Below, piece after piece: positions 33,401-44,621 of a DNA stretch of 64,000 nucleotides; the first letter of the stretch is position 1; each line of letters opens with the position of its first letter. The notes under the pieces were generated by a model, which was not told where the DNA came from, ran no database searches, and was given only the letters and a program-made list of their open reading frames with translations. Position numbers and translations under genes: made by a program. Origin of the DNA: Klebsormidium nitens (Eukaryota > Plantae > Klebsormidiophyceae); contig DF236960.1 in the NCBI GenBank assembly GCA_000708835.1, positions 276,982 through 340,981 on the forward strand, written 5' to 3'.

Positions 33401-36400
33401 GCGGAGTGAAAGTGCCTCTGAGTTCCATCTATCCTTTAATGTAGGCGATATCGGCCCAAGTCTTACCGCTCGCTTCACGGCGTACTCCGTCGCGCCCTCC
33501 GCTCTCTGCAGACGGTCAATGCAAACGATAAGCAATTAAGCTACTGAAATCTGGGAGGTAAAATGCCATCTATAAGGTTGAAAGATCAGTTGCCTTCCAA
33601 ATTAGACACAGATTCTTCTGGCAGCAATTTGATACCAGCATCGATGCCAAACTCCAACTTCATCCCAAATCGCAAGGGCTTTGAAAGGTGAAATGTTCTG
33701 GATCTTGTGAATTCTGACTCACGATACCCTTGGTTGTTCTGTTGTTGAGGATTATAAGATAGCTAGGCCGAAGAGGTTGGTGGTGACTAGCTGGTTTGGG
33801 AGCTGGTTGGTCAAGCTTTGCAGGTAAAAATGAACGGCAAACAAACAAAAGCAGATATTCGATTGCGTATCTTTCACCTTCAGCAAGCCAGACAGCATCT
33901 CGTGGAGGCTGAATTTCTCGGAGCTACCTCCAGCACCCGGCACCTTGCATTCAATAGCTTGGATACCCGGCAGTTCGTCCAGCTTCTTGATCCCCTTGTA
34001 ACGGATTGCCCGCCAGTGGTGTGGGCTCTTGACCGAGTCGAGCCACTCGTTGGGGTCATTGGCGTTGTAGAGCAGCGTGTCGCCGCCGATTGCTTGATGG
34101 CTGACTTGGTTGCCGGCCTCAGTGTCGCTTTGCCCGGTCTGCAATGCGAAACCTTCCCTTGAAACATCCGTCGGTGGTTGCACGAACTGATGGTTGTCCT
34201 TGAGAACTTTGCAGAGTTTGAGAAGCGTTCCAAATGTAGGAGGAGGACTTGATCGACCTCTCGTGCAGGAATTCTCAAGATCTGAAGGCGCAGGCATATT
34301 AAGCTCGCGCACGTGGTCCGCTTTGAGCTGCGTGTTAGGGAGCCCAACAGATTTGCGGGATTGTTCCAAGGCCTCTCTCGGCTGCATCATGGACCTTGAA
34401 AGTGACTGTGAAGCCTTGGTAAACGAGAAGAAGGAACCTGTAACTCCGCTTAGAGAGCGTACGGTAAACCAACTTCATGACTTTGCGCAAGGGTCGTTGC
34501 TTCCAGCCTTTAAAGTTTCTAAGCAGTTTTGAACTGTTTCCTGTTCAACCTGGTCCAGAGTCATCAAAGTCAAGGAAGCAAGCTAACATTATAATAAGCA
34601 ACCGGCCGCACCAAGACGGGTGAGGTTAGTAATATCTTGGTTCATCATATTTTCCATGAAACTTATCATGTATCCTCCCACCTTCTGCGTGGTGCCAAAC
34701 ATCGCGCCCACGCCCGCGCCGCCCCCCGCCGCGGCCGCCTTGACGTCAGACTTGATCGACTCGGACTTCTCGTGGGTGCTCTCTTCCCAAGTCAGGTCCT
34801 CCTTCGACGTGCGGTAGATCTGACCGCCCAGGGTGATCTGTACGGCAGCACACTCTGACGTGGTCATATCAGATAAATTCACGCATCCTCAAAAGCTCCA
34901 TAAAGCATCCGACGGTGGCAAGCTGGCACCGGAACCGTGCGCCCACGAATGCTCACCCATTGTGATCTGCTCGGCGGAACCGCGTGCATGACAAAATCCA
35001 GGATCGGTAGTGTTGGATGCAGCGACAGTAAAACAGAGTTTCTAGAAGCCCAATCCGGAGTGACACTGCATATTCTTCCAAGAAAAGGAACAGATCAGCA
35101 AAGGATTAAACAAGATCAGCTTGCGCTGCAGAAAATTCCCGCAGAACAAGCCTTTTTTCAAAGTGAAAATCAGGTTGTAAGATCAGCGCGACTACTAGTA
35201 CGACGTCACGGCACCTGCTGTCACTCTACGAGGAGCGACTCAGTCAGTGATTTCAAAAAGGCCTCTTTCCGTGTCAGAACGGAATGCCATTCGGTCACGT
35301 CCACATTCGAGGACAGCTATCGCAACGACACGAATGAACCGCACAAGCGCACCTCCTCAACCCACACCGCTCCAAACCGTTGAACCAGGTCTTTCACGTC
35401 CTCGAGAATGTCTTTGAGCTTCGCGATCTCCACCGCTGCCTTCTCCCAATTCTCGACCTGCTTGTTCCGCATCTCCTTCGACATCTGAAGCGCTTTTCCC
35501 ACGGCTTCGGCACTGTTACCTTCAATGGCGTTTACGATGTTCCACCGCCTGTTGAGAGGAACACACCTTCCGTTAAATTGCATGAATTCTGTTCAAGGGC
35601 CAATATTTCAAAGCAAGAAATCATTAGAAAGTAATGCATTCAAACCAGAGCGGTCTCGTAAAAGTCTAAATGAGGACGCTTGAAACTCGAAAGCTGACGC
35701 TGGACGAGTTATTTTTGTTTCATACATACATTCATCGAGTGGGGACACAGGTTTTGTGCAGGCAGGCAATAGCCTGTCACATGAGCAGAACAAATGGCGA
35801 GAATCTGACGAGAAAGTTCAATGGAGACGAGTCGATGGTTAAGTACAGATTTGACGCATGAAAGGCTGGAAAAGACGCAGGTCCAGCTGCCCGGCTTTCA
35901 GTTGATAGTCCAGACGACTCTTCTTTTCCGGAATAACTTGTGGGACAACAGTTTCACCGCCCTACTCCACGCTCAGCCGTTGAACCTTTTGAAAGTTGCA
36001 CGTCAAAAGAAAGTTCCCATTGTTGACAGCTTGCGAGATGCTGGGGCGGTAAAGCGAACGAAACATAGCCCTCGCTGAAGGGGCACCGAGTCGGTTTCGG
36101 AGAGAAAGCAATTCTGAATGAACACTGCCCACGTCTCTTGCATTTGCAGGTCTGCTTCCTTTGCTATTCAGTGAGCTGCCACTAAGTCATTTCGTATTCC
36201 TTCTTACTCTGTAAGTGCCCCGTGTAAACTGCACAAGAGTCGCAACAGCGTGATCAGGGACCAGAACAACATCCGAAGGCATCACGTTTGACGCTCGTGA
36301 ATAAGAAGTATACCTCTTCACAAGGTCGTCCGGTGTTTTGTCGGCTTCTCCGTCCAACGTGCAGATGCCGGACCCCATGTTACAAAGGTCCCTTTCTCTC

Positions 36401-39252
36401 GCTTTCAGGTTCCCCCAGATCTTAGCCACGCGCTCCGTGAAGTCGGGGTTGATCTCGAGGTAGCCTTTTTCGACGGAGGAGCGGATGTCAATGCGACAGC
36501 GCGGAAACTCGGCCTTGGCGGTGAAGTAGACCGTTCGCGTAGCCTGCAAGAATAAGGGCCACTCTAATCAGTTGCGCGCAAGTTCAGGAGGTTTGGGATC
36601 TTGAGGACCCTAGTTACCGCATATCATATGCGGCCTCGGCGAAGAAGTGGACGGCTCTGGTAGCCTGTTCAGTCGTTAGGTTGCGAACGTAAGGAGCGGA
36701 GAACCAACCTGAAGAGGACAGGGGTAAGATGCACTTTTGACTTTCTGGGTGCAAGGAGATGTAGGCGCATTTCACGGTCCTGTGCAGCTTCCTGGTGCTC
36801 CAAATGAGACCCTTTTTTCCGAAGAGTTTAACGGGATGCACTTTCGAAACGGCAGGTGGACTGAAGTCGTCAAAGAGTTGAGATCGACACTGAGTTCTTC
36901 GAAGCCGACTCGACAACCTTCCGTTCCTACCTTTGCACTCAGTCTTGCTTTTGATTGTAAGGTCCAGAGACAGGCTGCTTTGAGTAGCTGAGACCATTCT
37001 AACGAATGACAAAGAAGCCAACACGGCCAAAACGTTGCACAATGATCATGCCCAGCCTCTCTATCAATTTTGAAACAAGCAACTTTAGCTGAACGATGGA
37101 GGCGAATGAACAGCAGCCGCAACATTTGACACGTCCAAAGTCCTCGTCCTAAGCCGAACGTCATTAGGGAACATGCAAGTTAGTCAAACTGCTACCCATA
37201 AGCGGACGACCTCAGACTGAGAGACACAAAGCAAACTGCGAGAATGTTTCCTCACCTGCTTTTTCGCCCACGTCTCCGTCTGCTTCGCTTCGACCGAGGC
37301 GGCGATGTACGGCACAGTGATCTTCAGATCTTCGCTCGTGAAGCCGTTCTCCAGGAAGAACCGGCTGCGCTCCGTCTGGGTTGTCTCCACCGACACAGAC
37401 ATCTTATCGTGGGGCTGTAAATAACTGACAGTGTGTTATTATGAGTCGGTTACGTTTTGTCAGGACAGTGAGAAGGTCAGATATTGATGGCCCAGTTGGC
37501 TCACGCCTTGTCCCTTAGCAGCTATTTATCAAGAAGATGCAAAGGCTGTACTGGTCAGGGAGAGGGGCACAACTTTCTACTTCTTCGAGACTGTACACTT
37601 ATTGGCGTCGCCTTCTGAGAACTCCAACCAGACTCTATTGCAACCACTGCCAGCACCCCAAGAAAGATTGACCGTCTTTCTGAACTTCCAAGCTTCATCC
37701 TTAAAGACATTGGCCACCTTTTTTCACCTGCCTTATCCCGTAAGGGGAGGGAGGCTTGCAGAGCAGGTCAAATGCGCAATATGCTTTTGATTCATTTGGG
37801 CTTAGCGGAAGTCTGCTGCGTTAGACGTACTCACCAAGAACGTTGGTATGTTCTTGACTTTTCTCGCCATTTCCTGCGCTTCTTTCTTGGCAACACCCTT
37901 GGACTCCTCAGTTCCGCCTCCCGCTGTTCCTGCTCCAGTTTGAGGGGGCACTGTCTTGTTGGCTGCATCTATTGCAGCCCCTTCTTTGCCTCGTCCTGTG
38001 GGGCCCCCTTTCTTTGTCAGGCCCTTGGCCAGAACAAACAGAGGCTCCATGCTCCTCCTGGGGTACTTTTCGTCGATGTCATAACCCTGAGCAAGGAAAA
38101 GTATAGGATTCTTAGACGAATTGCAGGCAACTGTTGGAAAGTTGGAGGATTTGGCAAAATTTGAAGGTTACGGCTGGGGTCTTGTAGAACAGAGTGTGCA
38201 CATCTGAAGCTCATCAGCAATGAAGTTGTAGAGCAGATAGTCAAACCTAATGTGGGGACCTTCTGGAAAATGTCACCTTTGTCAGACCCTACTTGGTGAA
38301 CCCAAGAAGAAACGATGTCTGTCGCCTCAGGACACAAGTCTCAGCTCCAGATATAAGTGGTCTGTGGCAAAGCACTGGCTTAGCGAACAAGAGAATTTGC
38401 AATCAGCGTTCTTTGCAATCAAGCTTTCTCTGAGTTTGGGCTGGACAAAATCATGGTATCCTCTCAGACGAGAAGTTTCCTTTTGCAAACTCTATCCTGA
38501 AAATAGACCTTTCTACTGAAACAGACCGAGTCCTTCTCAAAGGGTTGTCTCCTGACACAGCCTGTTAGCCTGAATAGCATAATCTGCCCTGTCCATCCAC
38601 GGACAATTTGGAGAGCCTAACCTTTTCCTGTTCAGAGCTAGACGTTCAACAATCAATCCAGAAGTTAGCCTCTGTTTCCGATTTCTATATCACGAATACG
38701 AATTGCAAAAGAGAAAAAACTTCACCTCTCGGTGGCTTTACCATCTCAGATTCGTAGCTCAACTTATGAGCGACTTACCTGATACAGCCCTGTCATTGTG
38801 AACAGCTTGTCCCAATCCTGTGGCGCCAAGTCCGCTGCATTCACGTTTGGGCTCCCCCCTCGGCCCTTGCCCCCAATCAGGGTTGAAACCGCGGAGTTCA
38901 CCGCTTGGTTGAGGTTCTTGACCAGCTCAGCGTTCTTTGGATCGCCCACAAAGAGTGTGGTGTCGGGGGACTTCAGAGGGGAGAGTTGATCCAAGACTGA
39001 TTTGGGTTCTTCTGGCTTTGACCCTGAGTCCTTTGCTTCCTCTGACTTCGACTCACTGTCCTTCTCTGTAGCCTTTTTGCCTTCAGGCTCCCCCTTGTTT
39101 TCATCTCCTGCAGTTTCCCCCCCTCCTTCGTTAGTCCCATCGACTGTGCTCTTCTTCTCTTCTGGCTTGTTTACAGTTGGTGCATCAGAGTCTGCGTCTT
39201 CAATTACCAATTTGTTTGGTTCTCCGGGTTCACCAGTTTGCTGTCCCTCCAT
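27464..39252 (-). CDS. MACPF (membrane-attack-complex/perforin) domain protein, ~1250 aa, no signal peptide. C-terminal region has a duplicated beta-rich domain flanking two putative ubiquitin-like domains
   Basis: 17 phase-consistent exons: 39252-38779, 38086-37835, 37414-37256, 36543-36314, 35548-35353, 34837-34682, 34138-33878, 33505-33467, 32762-32505, 31972-31697, 31253-31058, 30568-30290, 29771-29544, 29198-29023, 28640-28338, 27902-27738, 27574-27464 (3759 nt). MACPF-like motifs: LVQRFGAVWVEE-ITLGGQIY (the F/YG-x-H/V..V-x-LGG signature) and AIGGD..DPNEWLDSVKSPHHWRAIRYKGIKKL. The upstream block WDKLFTMTGLYQGYDID..PRRS.EPLF..IPTFLPHD resembles fungal-type MACPF proteins as I recall them. 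The start codon is uncertain; an extra 5' exon near 39440-39630 is possible. Confidence 0.75.
28899..28960 (+). repeat. Dispersed G-rich repeat family, copy 3 (truncated, in MACPF gene intron)
   Basis: CTGGGACGGGTGGGGGTTGCTAGGGGGGTCAGTAAGGCTGCGGGTGTGAG shares its start with the 8551 and 40071 copies. Confidence 0.55.
33118..33157. repeat. Perfect 20-bp tandem duplication in an intron
   Basis: ACTTCTGAAAGCGTGAATAG occurs twice head-to-tail. Confidence 0.9.
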
Positions 39253-40033
39253 CTTTCCTGCCTTAAAACCAATGCTCAAATTGTCCAACACCTCTAATGT
39301 GACAAGATGTGATTTTGGCGAAGGCTATGCAGATATAGAAGAGAGGGGAAGGAAAGAGGCAGACACTTGCTCCCTAAGACATGATCAGCTCAGGAGAGAG
39401 ATTGATTGAGGGCGGGTGAAGCTATATATTGAGAGGGGGATCAAGAGCTCCGGGAGAAATTGAAAAGTGGATCAATCAGCGCAGGTCGAAACCAAGACAG
39501 GCTGTAGCCGAATGAAGGCTCGCTTGCGCACGCCGCGGCGCACACTTTGTTGATCGCCACCGTTTGGTGCAGCTCAGCTGCGCATTCTTTCCTGCAGCGG
39601 GCCAGTTGGGGGGCATCCGGGCGCATCCAAAGATGTTGAAAGCGTGCAAACTGGAGGTATGAGGTGAGCTAAGAACTGGGTCAAGAGGTCTGGCAAGAAG
39701 GATGAGCAGCTGATCGACATGGAAATGGAATGTGGCATGAACTGGGAGGGAACTGGGCGCTTTATATGAGGAATGGATTGGTCAGCTCTTGACAGGAAGA
39801 CGAGCGAAGTTGGCAAGGATTCTGCGGACTCAGCCATCCGGCCGATCCAATTGAAATCAAGTCCGCTTCTTTGGTTCGTGCGGGACCATTCCCCTCGACA
39901 ATATTCATGCATTATGATGGCACGGATCAAGCTACCACGCGCATACTTCTCATGTCCCGTTGAAAGCGCGCCACAATGCAGGGATTCACAATATCGAAGC
40001 CAAGGAGCCTGCCAAGGAGGTCTATTTCTATCG

Positions 40034-40200
40034 TTCTCTAGAATATGTTTAGTAAGCTCAATGTTTAGTACTGGGACGGGTAGGGTTAGTATGGTGGTTA
40101 GGGTGGGTGCGGGTGCGGAGCGAGTGATTATTTGGGTTTAGGTTTTTAGTGTTAGCTCGTTCTTACTAAACCTTGAGCTTACTAAACACATTCTAGAGAA
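40034..40200. mobile_element. Short element: 37-bp inverted repeats (35/37 identical) enclosing G-rich repeat copy 4 (40071-40160). Candidate MITE-like element
   Basis: Left arm 40034-40070 TTCTCTAGAATATGTTTAGTAAGCTCAATGTTTAGTA. Right arm 40164-40200 TACTAAACCTTGAGCTTACTAAACACATTCTAGAGAA. The core is CTGGGACGGGTAGGGTTAG..GGGTGGGTGCGGGTGCGGAGCG..TTTGGGTTTAGGTTTTTAG. The inverted repeat is seen directly; mobility is inferred. Confidence 0.55.
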
Positions 40201-41609
40201 GTATTCAATTTCTTCACAGATCTGCATAATGCACAGCCGAAAAACGTCGGCGGCATTAAATGCGCCCGCGAATGCCGGAAAAATCTGTGGTCCGTATGGT
40301 ACCGTGAGATTTGGTAATGTACCCGACAACTTTGGTTGCTCTCTCCAGAATCCATTTATGCCGTCGATACCTTTGGAAAGTACGTATCGACGGCATCGAG
40401 ATGGATAGACCGGGTGACAGCATTGCCGGGGTACACGTTCGACAGCCCAAGCCCATTGGCTTATACGAGCCGGGAACCAGGAAAGTGTCCCGGCAGATGA
40501 ACTATCCATGTCGCCCGGGAGATACAAAACTCGGTCAGGACTTCTGCCAACGTACCAGCTTTTCCTCCCTGGATATGGTGTACCGTGTCATTATCCAAGT
40601 TTTATACGCCCGGTAAAGGCCCCGGCCCGCCTCTTCATCGATGATCCCCCGCGCTCCGCACACTGAAGTCGTCGGATGTATTCCCGATTGGACGGCTGAC
40701 AATGGCGCTAGAGTGCAGTGCCGATTGTCAGCGCATAATCGGAGCCATCGATCATCTGAGTTGACTTTGATCAACAGCCGAGGGAGGGTCCGCCACGGGC
40801 CCGCGCCACATGAGCTAGCGCGAACCTTCGCAGTGACCCACTCTGTCCGGTCACCTAGGGCTTGACTCGTCCGGCTTTGGGATAGATTGGGGAGGGGCGC
40901 AAATTGTCCATCTTGAACTTGGAGAACATAAGACGAGAAGGGCAGCCTCTGATTTCAGGTCCCGCTTTGATTCTAGCTACCAGCTTGCAAAGCGCTATAT
41001 ATGTTGTTGCACCCACATGAGCATCGCTTCACCTATCCAAGAGCCAAGTCCCATTACAGAAGTAGAGCTGAGAAAACGTGCTTCGTTTCAGCTTCTTGTT
41101 GCAGCTGATTGATTGGCTGCAGCTGCAACCAGCTAGCCAGATTCATTGCCAGCAGCATACCACTCTTTCCTCAACAAAGGCCCGCATCCTTCAAGCACGC
41201 CAGTGGTAGGTAACAATCACTGCTGTGAGACCCCGTTGGCAAGGAGGGATATTCTGTGGTGGTGCTTATTGGAACTGGCGAACCAGGAAAGCGTACCTTT
41301 TCTTAGCTGTTGGAAGGAGCCACCATAAGCATCGAGCTCTCTGCCTTCTTCTCCGCTGAGCTAGTGAAGGCAGTGAAACGGTTTTGAGGGTGTGTCAAAC
41401 CAGTATAGGACAGTGAAAGTGTGTGCCCAACAAGGTACCGGTCGAAACCAAAACTTCTGGTGTGCTACAACACGCACAGGGGGAAACTTTAGAGCCCTTC
41501 GAGTGAGCTCAAGAGGGATCCCTGACAAACAACTTTCTCTCAGAACCAGAACTAGCACCTGCTGAACTGACCCTTGACCACGATTAACACAATCAGGACA
41601 CACAACAGG

Positions 41610-44600
41610 ATGGCAGCTGCAAGGGGCTCCCTTTTAATGCCAGCTGGCGGGCTGCTGGTGGTTCTCTGTGTCGTTGTCTTCTTTGTCCAATCTGTGCAAG
41701 CGGTAAACGCCACGGCGCCGGCGAACTCCACCTCGCTGCTGTCGGTGATTGACTACAGTAAGTGGAAAGTCCAAGCTGATTTCTTGACATTTTAAACTGG
41801 ATCAATCTAGGGATTGGTCGTCATTGCAATAAAGGGAAAGTGAACCGGAGACTCTTACTCGTTTGCATGTGAAGAAGACCAAACTGACTGTTTGAGTGCT
41901 TGCGGACGCTTGCGCGAATCCTGACAAGGAGGATAGAGCACTTCTAGGTTGGCACTGAACACATTATTTTGTTTTCTGGCCAAAGCTTTTGCACTGCAAC
42001 CAGTGTGAGCAACTTTTGGAATGTCAGTCACGTTCAGATTTCAAAGGGTATCCACAAGTTCGAAGACTCACACGGTTTGCTAAGCTCCAAATTCTGCTTT
42101 CAACTGCCACGTTTGCTCAGGGATCCCCTTCTGACCATTCCCAATTTCGGGTGTGCTTACAGGCCCAGATCACGTCAGCTACTCTGGGAACATCGTCACC
42201 CTCAAAATGGACTCACAGTCTGGGTCGAGAGTGCACTCTGTTGGCCGGTACGCCTACGGAGTTTTCTCAGCAGATATCAAGTGCCCCGCCGGAGATACAG
42301 TGGGTTTGATTCCCACTTTCTACACGTCCAGCTTGGAAGGAAGCGAATACAAGGATGAGGTCAGTCTGACGTCGCTGAATAGAGTTGCTTGTGAATTCTG
42401 GTCAAGTGCTTTGCTTCAGAATAATCTGGTTTGTGTTGACTATATGGCAGTACAGTCGGTCTTGTTGCAGTGCTGTATGTAAAGCAGAAACCTTTGGTCT
42501 GTGGTTCTCCTCGTGGGCTGCCTCAAATGGGTCTTTTCAAGACATACCCTATTTTTAGGGCTGACTGATTAGGTTTTTCCTGTCAAGTTCATTCCAAATA
42601 TATCCGCTCCTAGGGGAGCCAAACTTTTGCAAATCAAGTCCAAGAACATGCCCATTCAAGCTTTCCTCCTCCTTTGCAACAAGTCCCCATCACTTCACTA
42701 ATCAACACAACGGGCCCTGACCTTCTGCTTCTTGGGGCTAACAGCTCGACTTCGGGTAATTCAGGCTACAAAGATCGATCGTGCAAGCCGAAGACTGGAT
42801 TCGAAATTGCTTTTCGTTGACGGCACCAACCCAGCTCTACTCAGATAGAACCGATTCTGGATTCTTCCAGTTTGTCTTGAATTGTAACAGCTCGCCTTTG
42901 AGCTGTTGGGCAAAAGCAGCTCGATTGTCCAAACCAACTACAGGCTCAATGTTCATATTCTGCAAAGGACCTAGCCAGCAAAACTCCACTCAAAAGCCGA
43001 GCCCTGATCACCTTTTCCCTTCTCTTCTGCAACAGCTCGACTGGGAGTTCCTTGGCAAGAACAGTTCGATTATCCAGACGAACGTCTGGGTCGACGGAGT
43101 CGGCAAGCGGGAGGCAGTGCACGACCTGGGCTTTGACTGCTCCCAAGCATTCCACAAATACACAATTGACTGGAACCCCTTGCGCGCAAAGTGAGCTTTT
43201 GGCAGCTTCGTGGAAGCATGAGCTGGATGCGGATGTCATTCGTGTGAGCCGGTATCAATAGGATTTGGGGCTCGCCGAATTATCATCTGAAATTTGAAAT
43301 TCCGAGGTGACTGCAGGTCCTGAGGATCGAAATTTCGAAGTCATTGACTATGAATTCTGAGATGCTTTGCGAAAGAAAAGACTTTTGAAAGCCGACTCGG
43401 GTCCTCAGGGCCCGACTCGTTCTCCGATTTCACTGTAGCCGATTCGTGCACCCCTTTCTTCAGTGCTTGACATCACGCACTTACCTGCTTCATCGCGTCA
43501 GCCCAATATAGTGCCCCAAATTATTCGTCCATCGCTCCACTATCGCACTCGGCTCAGAGTCGTCAACTCAGCAGAACGAACTTCCCACCTGTATGTTTGT
43601 GACTTTCCTGACTCCTTGCACTTTATGGTCCAACTTTGCAGGTGGTTTATCGACGGGCAACTTGTGCGGACGTACGTAAACACGGGCAACGCCTCCGAGT
43701 ATCCCACCAAGCCCGCGTACGCTTATGCCTCGATTTGGGACAGCGGGTATCCCGGAGAGGGATGGAACGGTGAGCGGAGACTTTGTCATTCCGCTCCTTC
43801 AGATGCTAGGATACCTGTTTGAGAAACATGGTTTTGGGTTAGGATACATCATTTACTTCTCGTTTGACGCTGCTCGGACGACGAGGAAGGAAACGAAGCT
43901 TCTCAAGCAGATTCCGAGGTCAGATTAGCAAATCAGTGAAAGTATCGGTTGCTTCCGGTTATTTTAGAAAATATCGCAAGCAACATATGGGCTCCAGTCC
44001 GAGCAGGCGGTGAATGAACAGACACAAACCAGCCTCGTACCTCTTTCGACGTCGAGTGGGTTCGCATGACATCCGCACCGGTTTTCCGCGGCTGAAGGAA
44101 GTCACAGAAAAGAAAAGATCACGGAAGCAGGATTCTAGTGCTTTAACGTATGGAGTCCCCCTTTTCTGTTTCTTCATCTGCTTCCAGGTGGTCTGAAGGT
44201 GGACTATACAGTTCCGCCGTTCTCGTTGCAGATTGCTCTGCCCACTATGAATCACTGAGAAGCTGCATCCGCCAAACAGTAAAAGCATTCTTCAAGACCC
44301 TACAAAACCGCATTTGCTGTCTAGGATTTGCTGAACTGGGAAATTCTCCCACGCTCTCTTCCTCTGACCAGCTTGATCTCGAGCGTCTCATATATTCACG
44401 GATCATATTTTCAACGTTGTGCCAACCTACCTTCCGCAGGACGTGCCACATATGCAAACGCCCCGTACTTCTACCAACTGGCCAACGTCACGGTCAGCAG
44501 CCCGGGGAGTTCTACCGGGCCGTCCTCCGCCCCCAGGCCCGCCCCAGCACGGAGCCCGGTTGGGAGCCCCGTGAGGAGCCCGGTCAAAATTACCCTTCCC

Positions 44601-44621
44601 GGCCGAAAGCTTTTCAGATGA
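41610..44621 (+). CDS. Secreted glycoside hydrolase family 16 protein, XTH/EG16-like (269 aa) with a Ser/Pro-rich tail
   Basis: Exons 41610-41757, 42163-42359, 43036-43190, 43642-43769 and 44440-44621 (810 nt). N-terminal hydrophobic signal. Motifs SGSRVHSVGRYAYGVFSADIKCPAGDTVGLIPTFY, catalytic DELDWEFLG (E-x-D-x-E), FHKYTIDW, WFIDG and YPTKPAYAYASIWD match plant XTH/EG16 enzymes. No XET C-terminal domain is evident. Confidence 0.9.

Noticed and set aside
34139-34390. 5' part of the 212-aa ORF 33752-34390
   Set aside because: A strong acceptor at 34139-34140 joins the MACPF motifs directly. The upstream open stretch is treated as intron.
39441-39626. Cys-containing 61-aa ORF upstream of the MACPF start
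   Set aside because: GC-rich and could be a first exon or uORF, but no convincing donor/acceptor pair links it to 39252.
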